A DNA stretch of 64,000 bases from Elusimicrobiota bacterium (GTDB lineage: Bacteria; Elusimicrobiota; Elusimicrobia; UBA1565; UBA9628), in assembly GCA_027319565.1 (NCBI GenBank), contig DAHVNA010000002.1, forward strand, positions 32,001 through 96,000. The letters are read 5' to 3'. The first letter of the stretch is position 1. Each line of letters begins with the position of its first letter. The notes under the pieces were generated by a model. That model was given only the letters and a program-made list of their open reading frames with translations. It ran no database searches and was not told the origin of the DNA. Shown here in pieces: positions 1 through 10,146 of this stretch. Made by a program: the position numbers and the translations under genes.

Positions 1-109
1 CCGGCAAACGTCCCAGATAAGGGATTTTTCCCGCCAAAAGGAAAACCAGCCCCAACGCGATCAGAGCGCCTCCGGCGAAAATAAGCGAACGCCCTAGGGT
101 ATGGGTCAT
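1..109 (-). CDS. DUF2905-family small membrane protein (5' part; runs off window)
   Basis: Not in ORF track; hand translation from ATG at 109: MTHTLGRSLIFAGGALIALGLVFLLAGKIPYLGRLPG, a TM helix followed by the GRLPG(D) motif. Confidence 0.75.
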   Translation of the reverse strand, partial: MTHTLGRSLIFAGGALIALGLVFLLAGKIPYLGRLP

Positions 110-121
110 CGAATTATTTTT

Positions 122-1387
122 TTAAGAACCTCCGCCTTCTTTCCGCGCGATATCGCGCCTTAACCCCATTCCCGGAAAAAAAATCCTCGACGCCGTCCGA
201 TAGGCTTTCCGGCGAGCCTCTGAAATCTTAGAGGCCGTTCCGACCAAGCTTAAAACCCGTCCGCCAGAAGTCCGCCACTTTCCATCTTGAAAGGCGGTTC
301 CGGAGTGAAAAATTTGGATCTGCCGGTATTTTCGTTCTAACCCCCGAATGAGCCTTCCTATTTTAATTTTTTCCGGGTATCCTTCCGAAACCAAGTTAAT
401 ACACACCGAAAAATCTTTCCGAACTTTAAGGCGCATTCCTCTTAATCTCTTATGAGAGGCCGCCTCCAAAAACAAGAGAATGTCCGATTCAATGAGCGGC
501 AAAACGGCCTGCGTTTCCGGATCTCCAAAGCGGCAATTAAATTCTAAAACCTTGGGCCCTCTATCCGTCAAGATAAGGCCGCAATATAAAATTCCCCGGT
601 AATCCATTTTTTCTCTCTGAATTCCGCGCAGAACTTTTTTAAAAATAACATCAACTTCTCGTTTTGTCTTGTCGGAAACGAGAGCGGGCGCAAACGCCCC
701 CATGCCGCCGGTATTTGGGCCGCGGTCTCCGTCTTGAAGACGCTTGTGATCGCGGCTAAAGGGAAGAAAGACCAAGGACTCGCCATCGATAAAGGCCATC
801 GCGCTCAATTCCGGACCCCGCAAGAACTCTTCTATGACGACACAACTGCCCGCATCCTTAAATATCTTGTCTTCCATCAATTTCTTGGCGCTTAAGAGAG
901 CCGCCTTTTTATTTTCACAGACAAAAACGCCTTTGCCGCCGGCAAGCCCGCTGGCTTTAACCACCAAGGGCCTCTCGGGAGTTTGAGAGAGATAGCAGGA
1001 AAGTTCGTCAAAACTTTCAAAAACCTTGAAATCGGCGGTTGGAATTTTATATTTCGCCATAAACGCCTTTGCAAAGGCCTTGGAAGATTCCAGCCTCGCC
1101 GCTTTTTGGGTGGGGCCAAAACAGGCGATTTTTCTTTTCTTAAGCTCATCGGCGACCCCGGCCGCCAAGGGAGCTTCGGGACCGACGACAACCAAGGAAA
1201 TTTTATTTTTCTCGGAAAAATGGGCGATCTCAGACGGATTTAAAAGGTTAAGACTCACGCACGTAGCCACGCGAGAAATTGCGTCAGATCCCGGCGCGCA
1301 AAAAAGCGTTTCCAATTGAGAACTTCGGGATATTTTTTCGCAAAGAGCGTGTTCCCTGCCTCCGGAACCCAAGACCATTACCTTCAA
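122..1387 (-). CDS. purD: phosphoribosylamine--glycine ligase
   Basis: GSGGREHAL, GLAGGKGV, GPNTGGMG, EFNCRFGDPE motifs; pur operon. Confidence 0.97.
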   Translation of the reverse strand: MKVMVLGSGGREHALCEKISRSSQLETLFCAPGSDAISRVATCVSLNLLNPSEIAHFSEKNKISLVVVGPEAPLAAGVADELKKRKIACFGPTQKAARLESSKAFAKAFMAKYKIPTADFKVFESFDELSCYLSQTPERPLVVKASGLAGGKGVFVCENKKAALLSAKKLMEDKIFKDAGSCVVIEEFLRGPELSAMAFIDGESLVFLPFSRDHKRLQDGDRGPNTGGMGAFAPALVSDKTKREVDVIFKKVLRGIQREKMDYRGILYCGLILTDRGPKVLEFNCRFGDPETQAVLPLIESDILLFLEAASHKRLRGMRLKVRKDFSVCINLVSEGYPEKIKIGRLIRGLERKYRQIQIFHSGTAFQDGKWRTSGGRVLSLVGTASKISEARRKAYRTASRIFFPGMGLRRDIARKEGGGS

Positions 1388-2760
1388 CGCTCAATGCCCC
1401 CTTTCCCGGCCGCAACCCGTATCTGATCGGGAGCCGAAGTCGGATAATTTTTAGTAAAGCAGGCATCGCAAAAATGGGCGCCTCCGGCGGCGCCGAGCAT
1501 CGCTTCCAAACTGAGATAGTGAAGGCTGTCGACTCCAATAAATTGGCGGATTTCATCTAAATTGCGCTGATTGGCGATCAAGGCTTCGGATTGAGGCGTG
1601 TCAATTCCATAATAACAGGAAGAAATAATCGGGGGACTGGTAATTCCCATGTGAATTTCTCGCGCTCCCGCCTCTCTTAGACTCTGGGCGATTTTGCGGG
1701 AAGTGGTTCCGCGGACAATTGAATCGTCAATCAAGACTATTTTTTTGCCTTTAAGAGCTTCTTTAACCGGACTTAATTTCAAATCGACCGCGATCTCTCT
1801 GAGAGCTTGGCTGGGACGGATAAAGGTTCGGCTGATATAGTGGCTGCGCACAAGCCCAACCTCAAAAGGAATCTTGGATTCTCTTGAAAATCCAAGCGCC
1901 GCCGGCACTCCGGAATCGGGAACCGGCATCACGATATCCGCTTGAATTCCTTTCATTTCTTGCGCTAGAGCCCGCCCCAAGGCTTGCCGGACAGCTTGAA
2001 CCCCTTTTCCAAAGACCAATGAATCGGGCCGGGAAAAATAGACCAGCTCAAATACGCAGCGCGAAACGGCTTTGCGAATTGGAATTTTTACGCTCTTTAA
2101 AACCCCTTGTTTGATAAAAACGATCTCCCCGGGTTCGATTTCCCGGATATAAGAGGCCTTAATCAAGGACAAGGCGGTCGTCTCGGAACTGACGACATAT
2201 GAATCGCCCAATTTCCCAAGGACCAAGGGGCGAAACCCGTGGGGATCCCGGCAGGCAATCATCTGATCTGCGGTTAAAATCACCAAAGAATAAGCCCCCT
2301 CGATTGCCTTAAGGGCTTCTATCAGCGATTGTTCAAAATCTCCCCTCCCATGAGCGATTAAATGTAGAATCGCCTCGGAATCGGTCGAGGAATGAAAAAT
2401 CGCTCCGCGGTCTTCCAAATTTTTTCTGATGTTTGAGGCATTGGTGAGATTTCCGTTGTGTCCCAGGGCTAAAACCCCGTGCCTGGTTTTAGACACCAGG
2501 GGCTGCGCGTTTTTAATATGGCTAGAGCCGGTGGTCGAATAACGCACATGCCCGATGGCCGAAACCCCGCTTAGTTTTTCAATTCGTTTTTCCGAAAAAA
2601 CATCGGAAGTAATTCCCATCCCGGTATGAAAATTGATATTCCCGTTGAGGGCGGAGGCGATTCCGGCCGACTCTTGCCCGCGGTGTTGAAGGGCAAAAAG
2701 GCTTAGGTAGGTTAAATGCGCCGAGTCCGGATGATTTTCAATGCCAAAAATTCCGCACAT
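1384..2760 (-). CDS. purF: amidophosphoribosyltransferase
   Basis: N-terminal MCG nucleophile, QHRGQ, GHVRYST, DDSIVRGTT PRPP loop. Confidence 0.97.
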   Translation of the reverse strand: MCGIFGIENHPDSAHLTYLSLFALQHRGQESAGIASALNGNINFHTGMGITSDVFSEKRIEKLSGVSAIGHVRYSTTGSSHIKNAQPLVSKTRHGVLALGHNGNLTNASNIRKNLEDRGAIFHSSTDSEAILHLIAHGRGDFEQSLIEALKAIEGAYSLVILTADQMIACRDPHGFRPLVLGKLGDSYVVSSETTALSLIKASYIREIEPGEIVFIKQGVLKSVKIPIRKAVSRCVFELVYFSRPDSLVFGKGVQAVRQALGRALAQEMKGIQADIVMPVPDSGVPAALGFSRESKIPFEVGLVRSHYISRTFIRPSQALREIAVDLKLSPVKEALKGKKIVLIDDSIVRGTTSRKIAQSLREAGAREIHMGITSPPIISSCYYGIDTPQSEALIANQRNLDEIRQFIGVDSLHYLSLEAMLGAAGGAHFCDACFTKNYPTSAPDQIRVAAGKGGIER

Positions 2761-2769
2761 GGGAAAATT

Positions 2770-3546
2770 TTAGCCCCGGCAATAGTCGACCGCGTTTTTT
2801 AAAATAGCCATGCCAAAGGCCTGTTTTTGAAAAGTCTGTCTGGTCCAATTGGGATGCTGGTAATTTTTCGTGTATCTTTCCGGGTGGGGCATCATTCCCA
2901 GGCAATTGCCCTCCGGATTAGTCAAAGCCGCGATATTAAAAACCGAACCGTTGGGGTTGGCCGGATAGGGCGCGATTTTTCCGTCATCTGAAACATATTG
3001 CATCGCAATTGAGCGATTGCGTTTTAAATCTTCAAGCTGTTTGGGGCTTCTCAAGACTAATTTCCCCTCCCCATGGGCCACCGGAAGTTCAATCATCTCC
3101 GGAAGCCCCCTAAAAAACAAAGAGGGATTCTGGGTGTTGATGCGCAAATGCACCCAGCGATTTTCAAAACGCCCGGAATCATTGGTAATTAAGCTCGCGC
3201 TCTGCTCGCAAGAAGGCGAAAACGGCAATATTCCCGCCTTGACCAATACCTGAAACCCGTTACAGATTCCGATGACTGGGCGCCCCATCCGGATGAAATT
3301 TTTAAGATCGCCAATATGGAGTTTGACTTGCGCCGCCAGAATTTTACCGGCCGAGATTTCATCCCCGTAAGAAAAGCCGCCTGGAAGAACGAAGATATCG
3401 TAATCCAAAAGACGGACGCGTTTTTCTTTAAACAAGTGAAGTCCGATAATTTCGGGCTTGGCCCCCAAATCAGAAAAAGCGTTGGAAGTTTCAACGGCGC
3501 AATTGGTTCCCGGCGCGGATAAAATCAAAACCTTGGACGCTTTCAC
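2770..3546 (-). CDS. purQ: FGAM synthase glutaminase subunit
   Basis: PGTNC, PGGFSYGD, GICNGFQ, MPHPER; GTG start at 3546 overlaps the purL stop (GTGA). Confidence 0.95.
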   Translation of the reverse strand: MKASKVLILSAPGTNCAVETSNAFSDLGAKPEIIGLHLFKEKRVRLLDYDIFVLPGGFSYGDEISAGKILAAQVKLHIGDLKNFIRMGRPVIGICNGFQVLVKAGILPFSPSCEQSASLITNDSGRFENRWVHLRINTQNPSLFFRGLPEMIELPVAHGEGKLVLRSPKQLEDLKRNRSIAMQYVSDDGKIAPYPANPNGSVFNIAALTNPEGNCLGMMPHPERYTKNYQHPNWTRQTFQKQAFGMAILKNAVDYCRG

Positions 3547-5966
3547 GATAAAACCGTCCTCTGCCATGCCGCCTTAAACGGAGTCACCGACTCTTCAAAC
3601 AGGACCAGTCCATCTAATCCGATAATTTTAATAATGGGATTTGCGAGGCTAGTCCCAATTTTTTTAATGCAAGATCCCTTGACGCATTTAATAAAAGCCG
3701 CTTCATTCTCGGGTTTGACTTCCAACAAAATCCGGCTGGGAGTCTCGGAAAACAGCAAAACATCGGTTGAATAAATAGGCTTCTGCTTGGGAATGGCGTC
3801 CAAATCGAGCATCGCCCCAAATTCTCCCGAGAAAGCCATCTCGGTCAAGGCCGCCAAAAGCCCGCCCTCGGATAAATCATGGGCGGAGGCGACTAATCCT
3901 TTGGAAATCGCCTTGGAAACTGAGGCAAAATTTCTTTTGGCGCAGCGAGCGTCCACGCGCGGAACAGTTCCCCCGGAGATCCCGTTTAATTCGTTGTAAA
4001 GAGATCCGCCCATATCTTCCCCGGTTTGACCGACGATATAAAGCGAGTTTCCCGGGCCTTTCATATCCATCGTAATGGCCTTTTCGATATTGGGAATCGG
4101 GGCAATCGAGGAAATAAGAAGGGTTCCTGGAACAGAAACTGTTTTCCCAAAAGCGTCTTTTGACTCATTATAAAGACTGTCTTTTCCGGAAATAAAGGGA
4201 ATCTGAAATCCTAAAGACGCATCGCGGCAACCCAAGGCCGCTCGCACCAGCGAACCCAAAACCTGGGGATTCTCGGGATTGCCCCAACAAAAATTATCCA
4301 AAAACGCGGCCCGTGAAATATCGGCCCCCACGCAAAGAATGTTCCGAAGAGCTTCATCGGCGCAAAGCCAGGCCATTAAATAAGGATCCAATTTTCCCGA
4401 AGCCGGGTTGAGACCATGGCCGACGGTAAAACCGGACAAATCCGAAGTGTCTCCGGTCGCCGCCTGCGGCCAGATCACGCAAGCGTCTCCAGGGCCGTCA
4501 TGCCGCGCCCCCTGAAGCGGCTTAATCACGGTGCCGCCTTGAACTTCGTGATCATATTGCCGAATCAACCACTCGCGGCTGCAAACGTTTAAATGTGACA
4601 AAATGTCCTTGAGCTGTTCCGGCAAGGATTTAGCCGGGCGCGGAGTTCGGGATTCCGACAGCTTGACCGGGTTATAGACGGCCTTTTTTTCCTCTATAGG
4701 AAGCCCGTTGTTGAGAAATTTAAGCGAGAGATTAACCAAGTTTTGCCCGTTCCAGGAAACCTCAATGCGGCCGGTTTTGACGAATTCGCCGATCACGCGA
4801 ATTTTGACTCCTTCATCGGCAAAAACTTTTTCAAAAGCCTTTAAATTCGAGGGAGAAACGGCAAAAACCATCCGCTCCTGAGATTCCGAAACCCAGATTT
4901 CCCAAGGCTCCATATCGGAAGCCTTGAGAATTTCTTTTTCAAGAAAAACGCGAGCTCCGATAATATCTGCCATTTCGGTGACAGCCGAGGAAAAGCCCCC
5001 CGCCCCGCAATCGGTGACCGAACGGTATAGTTTCTGGTCCCGGGCTTTTAAAAGCGCTTCCATGACGCGTTTTTCATTGAGCGGATGTCCAATTTGAACC
5101 GCAGTCGAGTGATCATCGCCGTTTAAATTGGCGGAGGAAAAGGTAGCGCCGTGAAGCCCGTCTTTGCCGGTCAACCCTCCGGCGGCCACAATTAAATCTC
5201 CCGGGCGGATTTCCTTTTTGACCGCTTGCGCCGGCAAAACCCCGACGCAACCGACAAAAACAAGGGGGTTTAAGGCGTATCCATCGTCAAAATAAAGCCC
5301 ACCAGCCGCCGTCGGAATTCCCATCCGGTTTCCGTAATCCCTGACTCCGGCGACAAGACCGCGTAAAATTCTCTCCGCGGAAAGAGCGGAAGGCGGCAAG
5401 GGCAATTTTTTATTCGGGGGAGCCACGCAAAAAATATCGGTCGATAAAACCGGTTTCGCGCCAAGCCCGGCGGCCAAAACATCTCGAATGACCCCGCCAA
5501 GACCCGTTTCCGCTCCGCCTTTTGGCTCAATGGCGCAAGGATGATTATGGGTTTCGACTTTAAAAGCCAATGCCCATTTGCCTTTATTTCCGAAGCTGAC
5601 GATTCCGGCGTTGTCTTTAAAAACAGACAGGCACCAAGGCTTTTTAGTCTGGCGGGTAGCCCGCGCGATGGTTTCCTCAAAAAGATTTTTGATTAAAACG
5701 GTTTTAGAGCCTTCCTGATAGCGAATGGGAGACTTAAAGGTTTTATGCCGGCAATGCTCCGACCAACTTTGGGCGATGGTCTCCATTTCCGCGCGAGTGG
5801 GATTTCTTTTAAGGGACTTAAAATGCGCCTGAATGGTTAAAATTTCTTTTTCATTTAAAGACCAAAGATTCTGAACGCTCAAATTCATCAATCCCTTGGG
5901 GGCCAAGGAATTAAAATCAGCCATCTCCTGGGAAGACTTAACCGCGCTTTCTATTTTCTCTGTCAT
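3543..5966 (-). CDS. purL: FGAM synthase synthetase subunit
   Basis: WSEHCRHK, ETHNHP, DCGAGG, SESQERM, SGKDS; ATG at 5966 overlaps the purS stop (ATGA). Confidence 0.96.
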   Translation of the reverse strand: MTEKIESAVKSSQEMADFNSLAPKGLMNLSVQNLWSLNEKEILTIQAHFKSLKRNPTRAEMETIAQSWSEHCRHKTFKSPIRYQEGSKTVLIKNLFEETIARATRQTKKPWCLSVFKDNAGIVSFGNKGKWALAFKVETHNHPCAIEPKGGAETGLGGVIRDVLAAGLGAKPVLSTDIFCVAPPNKKLPLPPSALSAERILRGLVAGVRDYGNRMGIPTAAGGLYFDDGYALNPLVFVGCVGVLPAQAVKKEIRPGDLIVAAGGLTGKDGLHGATFSSANLNGDDHSTAVQIGHPLNEKRVMEALLKARDQKLYRSVTDCGAGGFSSAVTEMADIIGARVFLEKEILKASDMEPWEIWVSESQERMVFAVSPSNLKAFEKVFADEGVKIRVIGEFVKTGRIEVSWNGQNLVNLSLKFLNNGLPIEEKKAVYNPVKLSESRTPRPAKSLPEQLKDILSHLNVCSREWLIRQYDHEVQGGTVIKPLQGARHDGPGDACVIWPQAATGDTSDLSGFTVGHGLNPASGKLDPYLMAWLCADEALRNILCVGADISRAAFLDNFCWGNPENPQVLGSLVRAALGCRDASLGFQIPFISGKDSLYNESKDAFGKTVSVPGTLLISSIAPIPNIEKAITMDMKGPGNSLYIVGQTGEDMGGSLYNELNGISGGTVPRVDARCAKRNFASVSKAISKGLVASAHDLSEGGLLAALTEMAFSGEFGAMLDLDAIPKQKPIYSTDVLLFSETPSRILLEVKPENEAAFIKCVKGSCIKKIGTSLANPIIKIIGLDGLVLFEESVTPFKAAWQRTVLS

Positions 5967-6442
5967 GAACAAGCCGTCACTGAATAAAGGTGAATGATTG
6001 GATTTAAAAGACATTTCGCGGCCGCCGCTTCAATCTGGGGTTTGCCGCATTTAGATTCAATTTTATAGACCGAAGCGACGCGAACAAAATCCGGGGCGGG
6101 AAAACCCATTTCAATCATCGCGTTTTTAATGGTATCGGCCTCCGGATCTAAAACCGTGGGTTTGAGCCTGACCTCAATTTTCCAAAAAGGACCCTGGCTT
6201 GAAGGCATTTGAGACACAATGCGAAAGTCCTCGATAATCTGATCGCAAAGCAGATCCCGGCTTAAGCGATTGATATGAGTAACGGTAAAATTTCCACGAA
6301 TTTCGTAGAGGCGGCTTCTGCGCACCCGCACGACGGAAGGCGCTCCAGAGGCTTTCAAAAGAGACGCCGTGGACAAAGATTCCGCATCGCCATATTCTGA
6401 TTTAAGTGAAACCTCTATTTTATGTGTCGCCGCCGCAATCAT
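5963..6442 (-). CDS. purS: PurS with two tandem PurS domains
   Basis: Two ~80-aa repeats (IEVSLK..D..LLCDQIIE and IEVRLKPTVLDPE..LLNPIIH); lies between purC and purL. Confidence 0.85.
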   Translation of the reverse strand: MIAAATHKIEVSLKSEYGDAESLSTASLLKASGAPSVVRVRRSRLYEIRGNFTVTHINRLSRDLLCDQIIEDFRIVSQMPSSQGPFWKIEVRLKPTVLDPEADTIKNAMIEMGFPAPDFVRVASVYKIESKCGKPQIEAAAAKCLLNPIIHLYSVTACS

Positions 6443-7335
6443 TAGGACTTGAGCATCTTTAAAAATTGAAGATATCGGCTTTGGGTTTGTTCGACAATTT
6501 CTCGCGGAAGAATAGGCGGCGGCGAGTTTTTATCCCAGCCTGTTTTGTCTAAATAATCCCGAACGAATTGTTTGTCGAAACTGGACGGAGACGAACCGGG
6601 CCGGTAAAGGCTGGCGTCCCAAAAGCGAGAAGAATCCGGCGTCAGCATCTCATCAATGACCATCAGTTCAGAGCCGACAAAACCAAACTCGAATTTAGTG
6701 TCGGCCAAAATGAACCCGTGGGATCTGGAATAACCGGAGGCAAACTCGTAAATTTGAAGAGTCGCCTTTTTAAGCTTTGAGGCGGTTTCAGACCCGACCA
6801 GGGATTTAAGCTCTTCAAAAGAAATATTCTGATCATGCCCTTTTTCGGCCTTGGTAGAAGGAGTAAACAAGGGATGGGGAAGAATAGAAGCTTCCAGCAA
6901 GCCCTCCGGCAAAACTTCTCCGCACACCGAGCGGGATTTCTTATATTCCTTAAAACCAGAGCCGGCCAAATAGCCGCGGGCGATACATTCGGCATCGACG
7001 CGCCTGGCTTTTTTGACCAGCATCGTTCGCCCTTCCAGATTTTCCCACAAAGCCTGGGCGCTTAAAGGCATTTGTTTTTTAATCTCTTGAAGGTCCGCCG
7101 TGATCAGGTGATTGGGAATTATCTTTTTCGTCAAATCAAACCACAAGAGGCTTGCCTCGGTTAAAATCTTTCCCTTACCCGAAATCGGGGTTTCCAAAAC
7201 CCAATCAAAAGCGGAGAGGCGATCGGTGGAGACAATCAAAAGCTTGTCCCCCAAATCATAAACGTCCCGGACCTTGCCTCTCCTCAATAAGGGAATTCCC
7301 GTCACCTCTAAGAGATCCGCGCTCAAGGTCTTCAT
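6442..7335 (-). CDS. purC: SAICAR synthase
   Basis: GKVRDVY, DRLSAFD, ADTKFEFG, DEMLTPDSSRFW, FDKQFVRD; start taken at the ATGA overlap with guaA. Confidence 0.96.
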   Translation of the reverse strand: MKTLSADLLEVTGIPLLRRGKVRDVYDLGDKLLIVSTDRLSAFDWVLETPISGKGKILTEASLLWFDLTKKIIPNHLITADLQEIKKQMPLSAQALWENLEGRTMLVKKARRVDAECIARGYLAGSGFKEYKKSRSVCGEVLPEGLLEASILPHPLFTPSTKAEKGHDQNISFEELKSLVGSETASKLKKATLQIYEFASGYSRSHGFILADTKFEFGFVGSELMVIDEMLTPDSSRFWDASLYRPGSSPSSFDKQFVRDYLDKTGWDKNSPPPILPREIVEQTQSRYLQFLKMLKS

Positions 7336-8906
7336 TCCCATTCAATGGTCGCCGGTGGCTTTGAGGTAATGTCATAGACCACCCGGTTAATTCCTTTCAC
7401 TTCCCGCGTAATTCGGTCGGAAACGCGGCGAAGCAAATTTTCCGGCAAACGCGCCCACTCCGCCGTCATCCCGTCGACACTGGTCACCGAGCGAAGAACG
7501 ACGGCGTTTTGATAGCTTCTTGAATCTCCCATAACCCCGACAGTCCTGACCGGCAATAGAACCGCAAGAGCCTGCCAGACCTGCGAATAATATCCCGCCT
7601 TCTTAAGTTCATCGACAAAGATGGCGTCGGTATTGCGGAGAACCTCAAGCCTGTCTTGATTAACTTCGCCAATAATTCTCACCGCAAGCCCGGGGCCCGG
7701 AAAAGGATGGGCCAATAAAATCTCATCTGGAATCTGAAGCTCCGCGCCCAAGCGCCGGGCCTCATCTTTAAAAAGAAAACGCAAGGGCTCAATTAACTTT
7801 AAGCTCATTTTTTTAGGCAAGCCGCCGACATTGTGATGACTCTTAATCGCAGAGGACGGACCGCTGACGGGAGAAGACTCGATGACATCCGGGTACAAGG
7901 TCCCCTGGGCCAGAAAAGCCGCGGATTTAATCTGGCGGGCCTCTTTTTCAAAGACATCGATAAAAGTTTTTCCGATCACCTTTCGCTTTTTCTCCGGATC
8001 GCTGACGCCTTTAAGGCGCTTAAGAAAAAGCTTGGAAGCGTCGATAATTTTGACATTGATGCCCAAGGATTTTCCCAAAACCGTTTCCACTCGTTCTCTT
8101 TCGCCCAAACGCAAAAGCCCGGTATCGACAAAAAATGCGTGGAGCCTGGAACCGATCGCTTTGTTGATTAAAGCCGCCACCACCGCGCTATCAACCCCTC
8201 CAGAAACGGCACAGACGACACTGGACTTGCCTACCTGAGACTGAATCTGGGAAATAGCTTCCTTTAAAACGTAAGAAACCGTCCAATGAGATTTGATGCC
8301 GCAAATATTACGCGCGAAATTTTCGAGAATTTTCCCGCCTTGGCTGGTATGGGCGACCTCCGGATGAAATTGAAGCCCGTAAATTTTCTTTTTCTCGTCT
8401 TCAATGGCCGCGATTGGACAATCTTCCGTTTCGGCGATAATCTTAAATCCATTCCCCAAACTCTCGACGCTGTCGCCGTGGCTCATCCAAACCCTAAACA
8501 AGCCAGAAACCCCGCTAAAAATCGCGCTTTCTTTAAGAGGCCGCACTTCCGCCTCGCCGTATTCCCTGTTATTTGAGGGTCTCACCTTCCCGCCATGCTC
8601 ATGAACCAAAAGTTGCATCCCGTAACAAATACCCAAGACGGGAATCCCCAATGAAAAAAGGTCGGCGGAAGTTTTCGGAGCGTTTTTATCCATAACCCCG
8701 GAGGGCCCGCCGGAGAGAATGATGCCCTTAGGAGCTATTTCGGAAATTTTTTCCTTGGAGATGGAAAAAGGGACGATCTCGCTAAAGACCTCCAGTTCCC
8801 GCAAACGCCTCGCCAGCAGCTGAGTGTATTGGCTTCCGAAATCGAGGATGAGAATTTTTTCCGAAGGTCTCACCCCTTGAACGGTCTCCAAGGATCGGCC
8901 TCTCAT
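7332..8906 (-). CDS. guaA: GMP synthase (glutamine-hydrolysing)
   Basis: DFGSQY, GICYG, QFHPEV, SGGVDS, IKSHHN, SKPPATIEWE. Confidence 0.97.
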   Translation of the reverse strand: MRGRSLETVQGVRPSEKILILDFGSQYTQLLARRLRELEVFSEIVPFSISKEKISEIAPKGIILSGGPSGVMDKNAPKTSADLFSLGIPVLGICYGMQLLVHEHGGKVRPSNNREYGEAEVRPLKESAIFSGVSGLFRVWMSHGDSVESLGNGFKIIAETEDCPIAAIEDEKKKIYGLQFHPEVAHTSQGGKILENFARNICGIKSHWTVSYVLKEAISQIQSQVGKSSVVCAVSGGVDSAVVAALINKAIGSRLHAFFVDTGLLRLGERERVETVLGKSLGINVKIIDASKLFLKRLKGVSDPEKKRKVIGKTFIDVFEKEARQIKSAAFLAQGTLYPDVIESSPVSGPSSAIKSHHNVGGLPKKMSLKLIEPLRFLFKDEARRLGAELQIPDEILLAHPFPGPGLAVRIIGEVNQDRLEVLRNTDAIFVDELKKAGYYSQVWQALAVLLPVRTVGVMGDSRSYQNAVVLRSVTSVDGMTAEWARLPENLLRRVSDRITREVKGINRVVYDITSKPPATIEWE

Positions 8907-10063
8907 TTCCCCATCCCGATTCTCTGGGTTCTTTGAAAGATTTTTCCTTCAGTCCGAATCGCTGGGGCGATGATGATTTCGGCGGACTGCATTTCTCTAA
9001 TATTGGAAGCCCCAAGAGAACCCATGCAGGTTCTCAAAGCCCCCACCAAATTCTGGGATCCATCGTCTAAACGCGAAGGACCGTATAAAATTTCTTCAAG
9101 GCTGCCGGTGACTCCCACCTGAATCCGCGTTCCCCGCGGAAGATTCTGATGCGGAGTCGCCATTCCCCAATGAAAACCTTGGCCCGGAGCTTCTTTGGAG
9201 CGGGCAAAGGCCGACCCCACCATCACTCCATCGGCTCCGCAGGCGACGGCCTTGCAGATATCCCCGCCGGAAGACATTCCACCATCGGTGATGATAGGAA
9301 CGTAGCGCCCTGTCCTCTTATAATAATAGTCTCGAGCGGCGGCGCAATCAACAGTCGCGGTAACCTGGGGAACGCCCAAACCCAAAACCCCCCGAGTCGT
9401 ACACGCGGCCCCGGGGCCCACCCCAATCAAAAGTCCGGAAACCCCGGTATCCATCAATTCCGAAGCCACCGAATGAGTCACGCAATTTCCCACCACAACT
9501 GGAATCTTCATTTTTTTGCAGAAAGAAGCGATATTAAACGGCGTGTATTTTTTGGCTTGATGTCTGACCGTGGTCACCGTTGACTGAACGACAAAAAGAT
9601 CGCACCCCGCTTCTTGGGCGATGAGGCCGTATTCGTCGGCGTTTTGAGGAATGGTGGAAACCGCGCAGGGAACCTTAGCGGCCTTAATTTCGGAAACTCG
9701 CTTGGCGATCAGCTCTTTTTTAACCGGCTTTTGATAAATTTCCTGAACGAGTCCCGTGGCCTCCTCAGGGCTTGCCTGCGCGATTTGATTCAAAACTTCG
9801 CGGGGATTTTCATAGCGGGTATTGACCCCGTCTAAATTCAGAACTCCCAGCCCGCCTTGCTTTCCCATGGCAATGGCAAAGGCCACGTCGACAACGCCAT
9901 CCATGGCGGAAGCAAGAAAAGGGATTTCGAGGTTGATGGGGCCGATAGACAAGCGCGTATCCACCTCGTCCGGGTTAATCGTCAAGTCTCCAGGGACCAG
10001 AGCTATTTCGTCAAATCCATAAGCCCGCCGGGCCTGCCTGTCTCGTCCAATAAAAAAAGACAT
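8903..10063 (-). CDS. guaB3: GuaB3-type IMP dehydrogenase (no CBS domains)
   Basis: RRAYGFDEIALVP, GVGPGAACTTR catalytic Cys loop, HWGMA; SD GGGAGG before ATG 10063. Confidence 0.85.
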   Translation of the reverse strand: MSFFIGRDRQARRAYGFDEIALVPGDLTINPDEVDTRLSIGPINLEIPFLASAMDGVVDVAFAIAMGKQGGLGVLNLDGVNTRYENPREVLNQIAQASPEEATGLVQEIYQKPVKKELIAKRVSEIKAAKVPCAVSTIPQNADEYGLIAQEAGCDLFVVQSTVTTVRHQAKKYTPFNIASFCKKMKIPVVVGNCVTHSVASELMDTGVSGLLIGVGPGAACTTRGVLGLGVPQVTATVDCAAARDYYYKRTGRYVPIITDGGMSSGGDICKAVACGADGVMVGSAFARSKEAPGQGFHWGMATPHQNLPRGTRIQVGVTGSLEEILYGPSRLDDGSQNLVGALRTCMGSLGASNIREMQSAEIIIAPAIRTEGKIFQRTQRIGMGK

Positions 10064-10146
10064 TGCCACCTCCCTTCGAGAGATATGATACAAAATACCT
10101 AGACGCGAAGAAACCGGTTTTTTGTATCATAACCGAAGGAGACTCT

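Noticed and set aside
10064..10146. Purine riboswitch upstream of the gua-pur operon
   Set aside because: The 83-bp gap holds two divergent -10 boxes and two SD sequences, leaving no room for an aptamer
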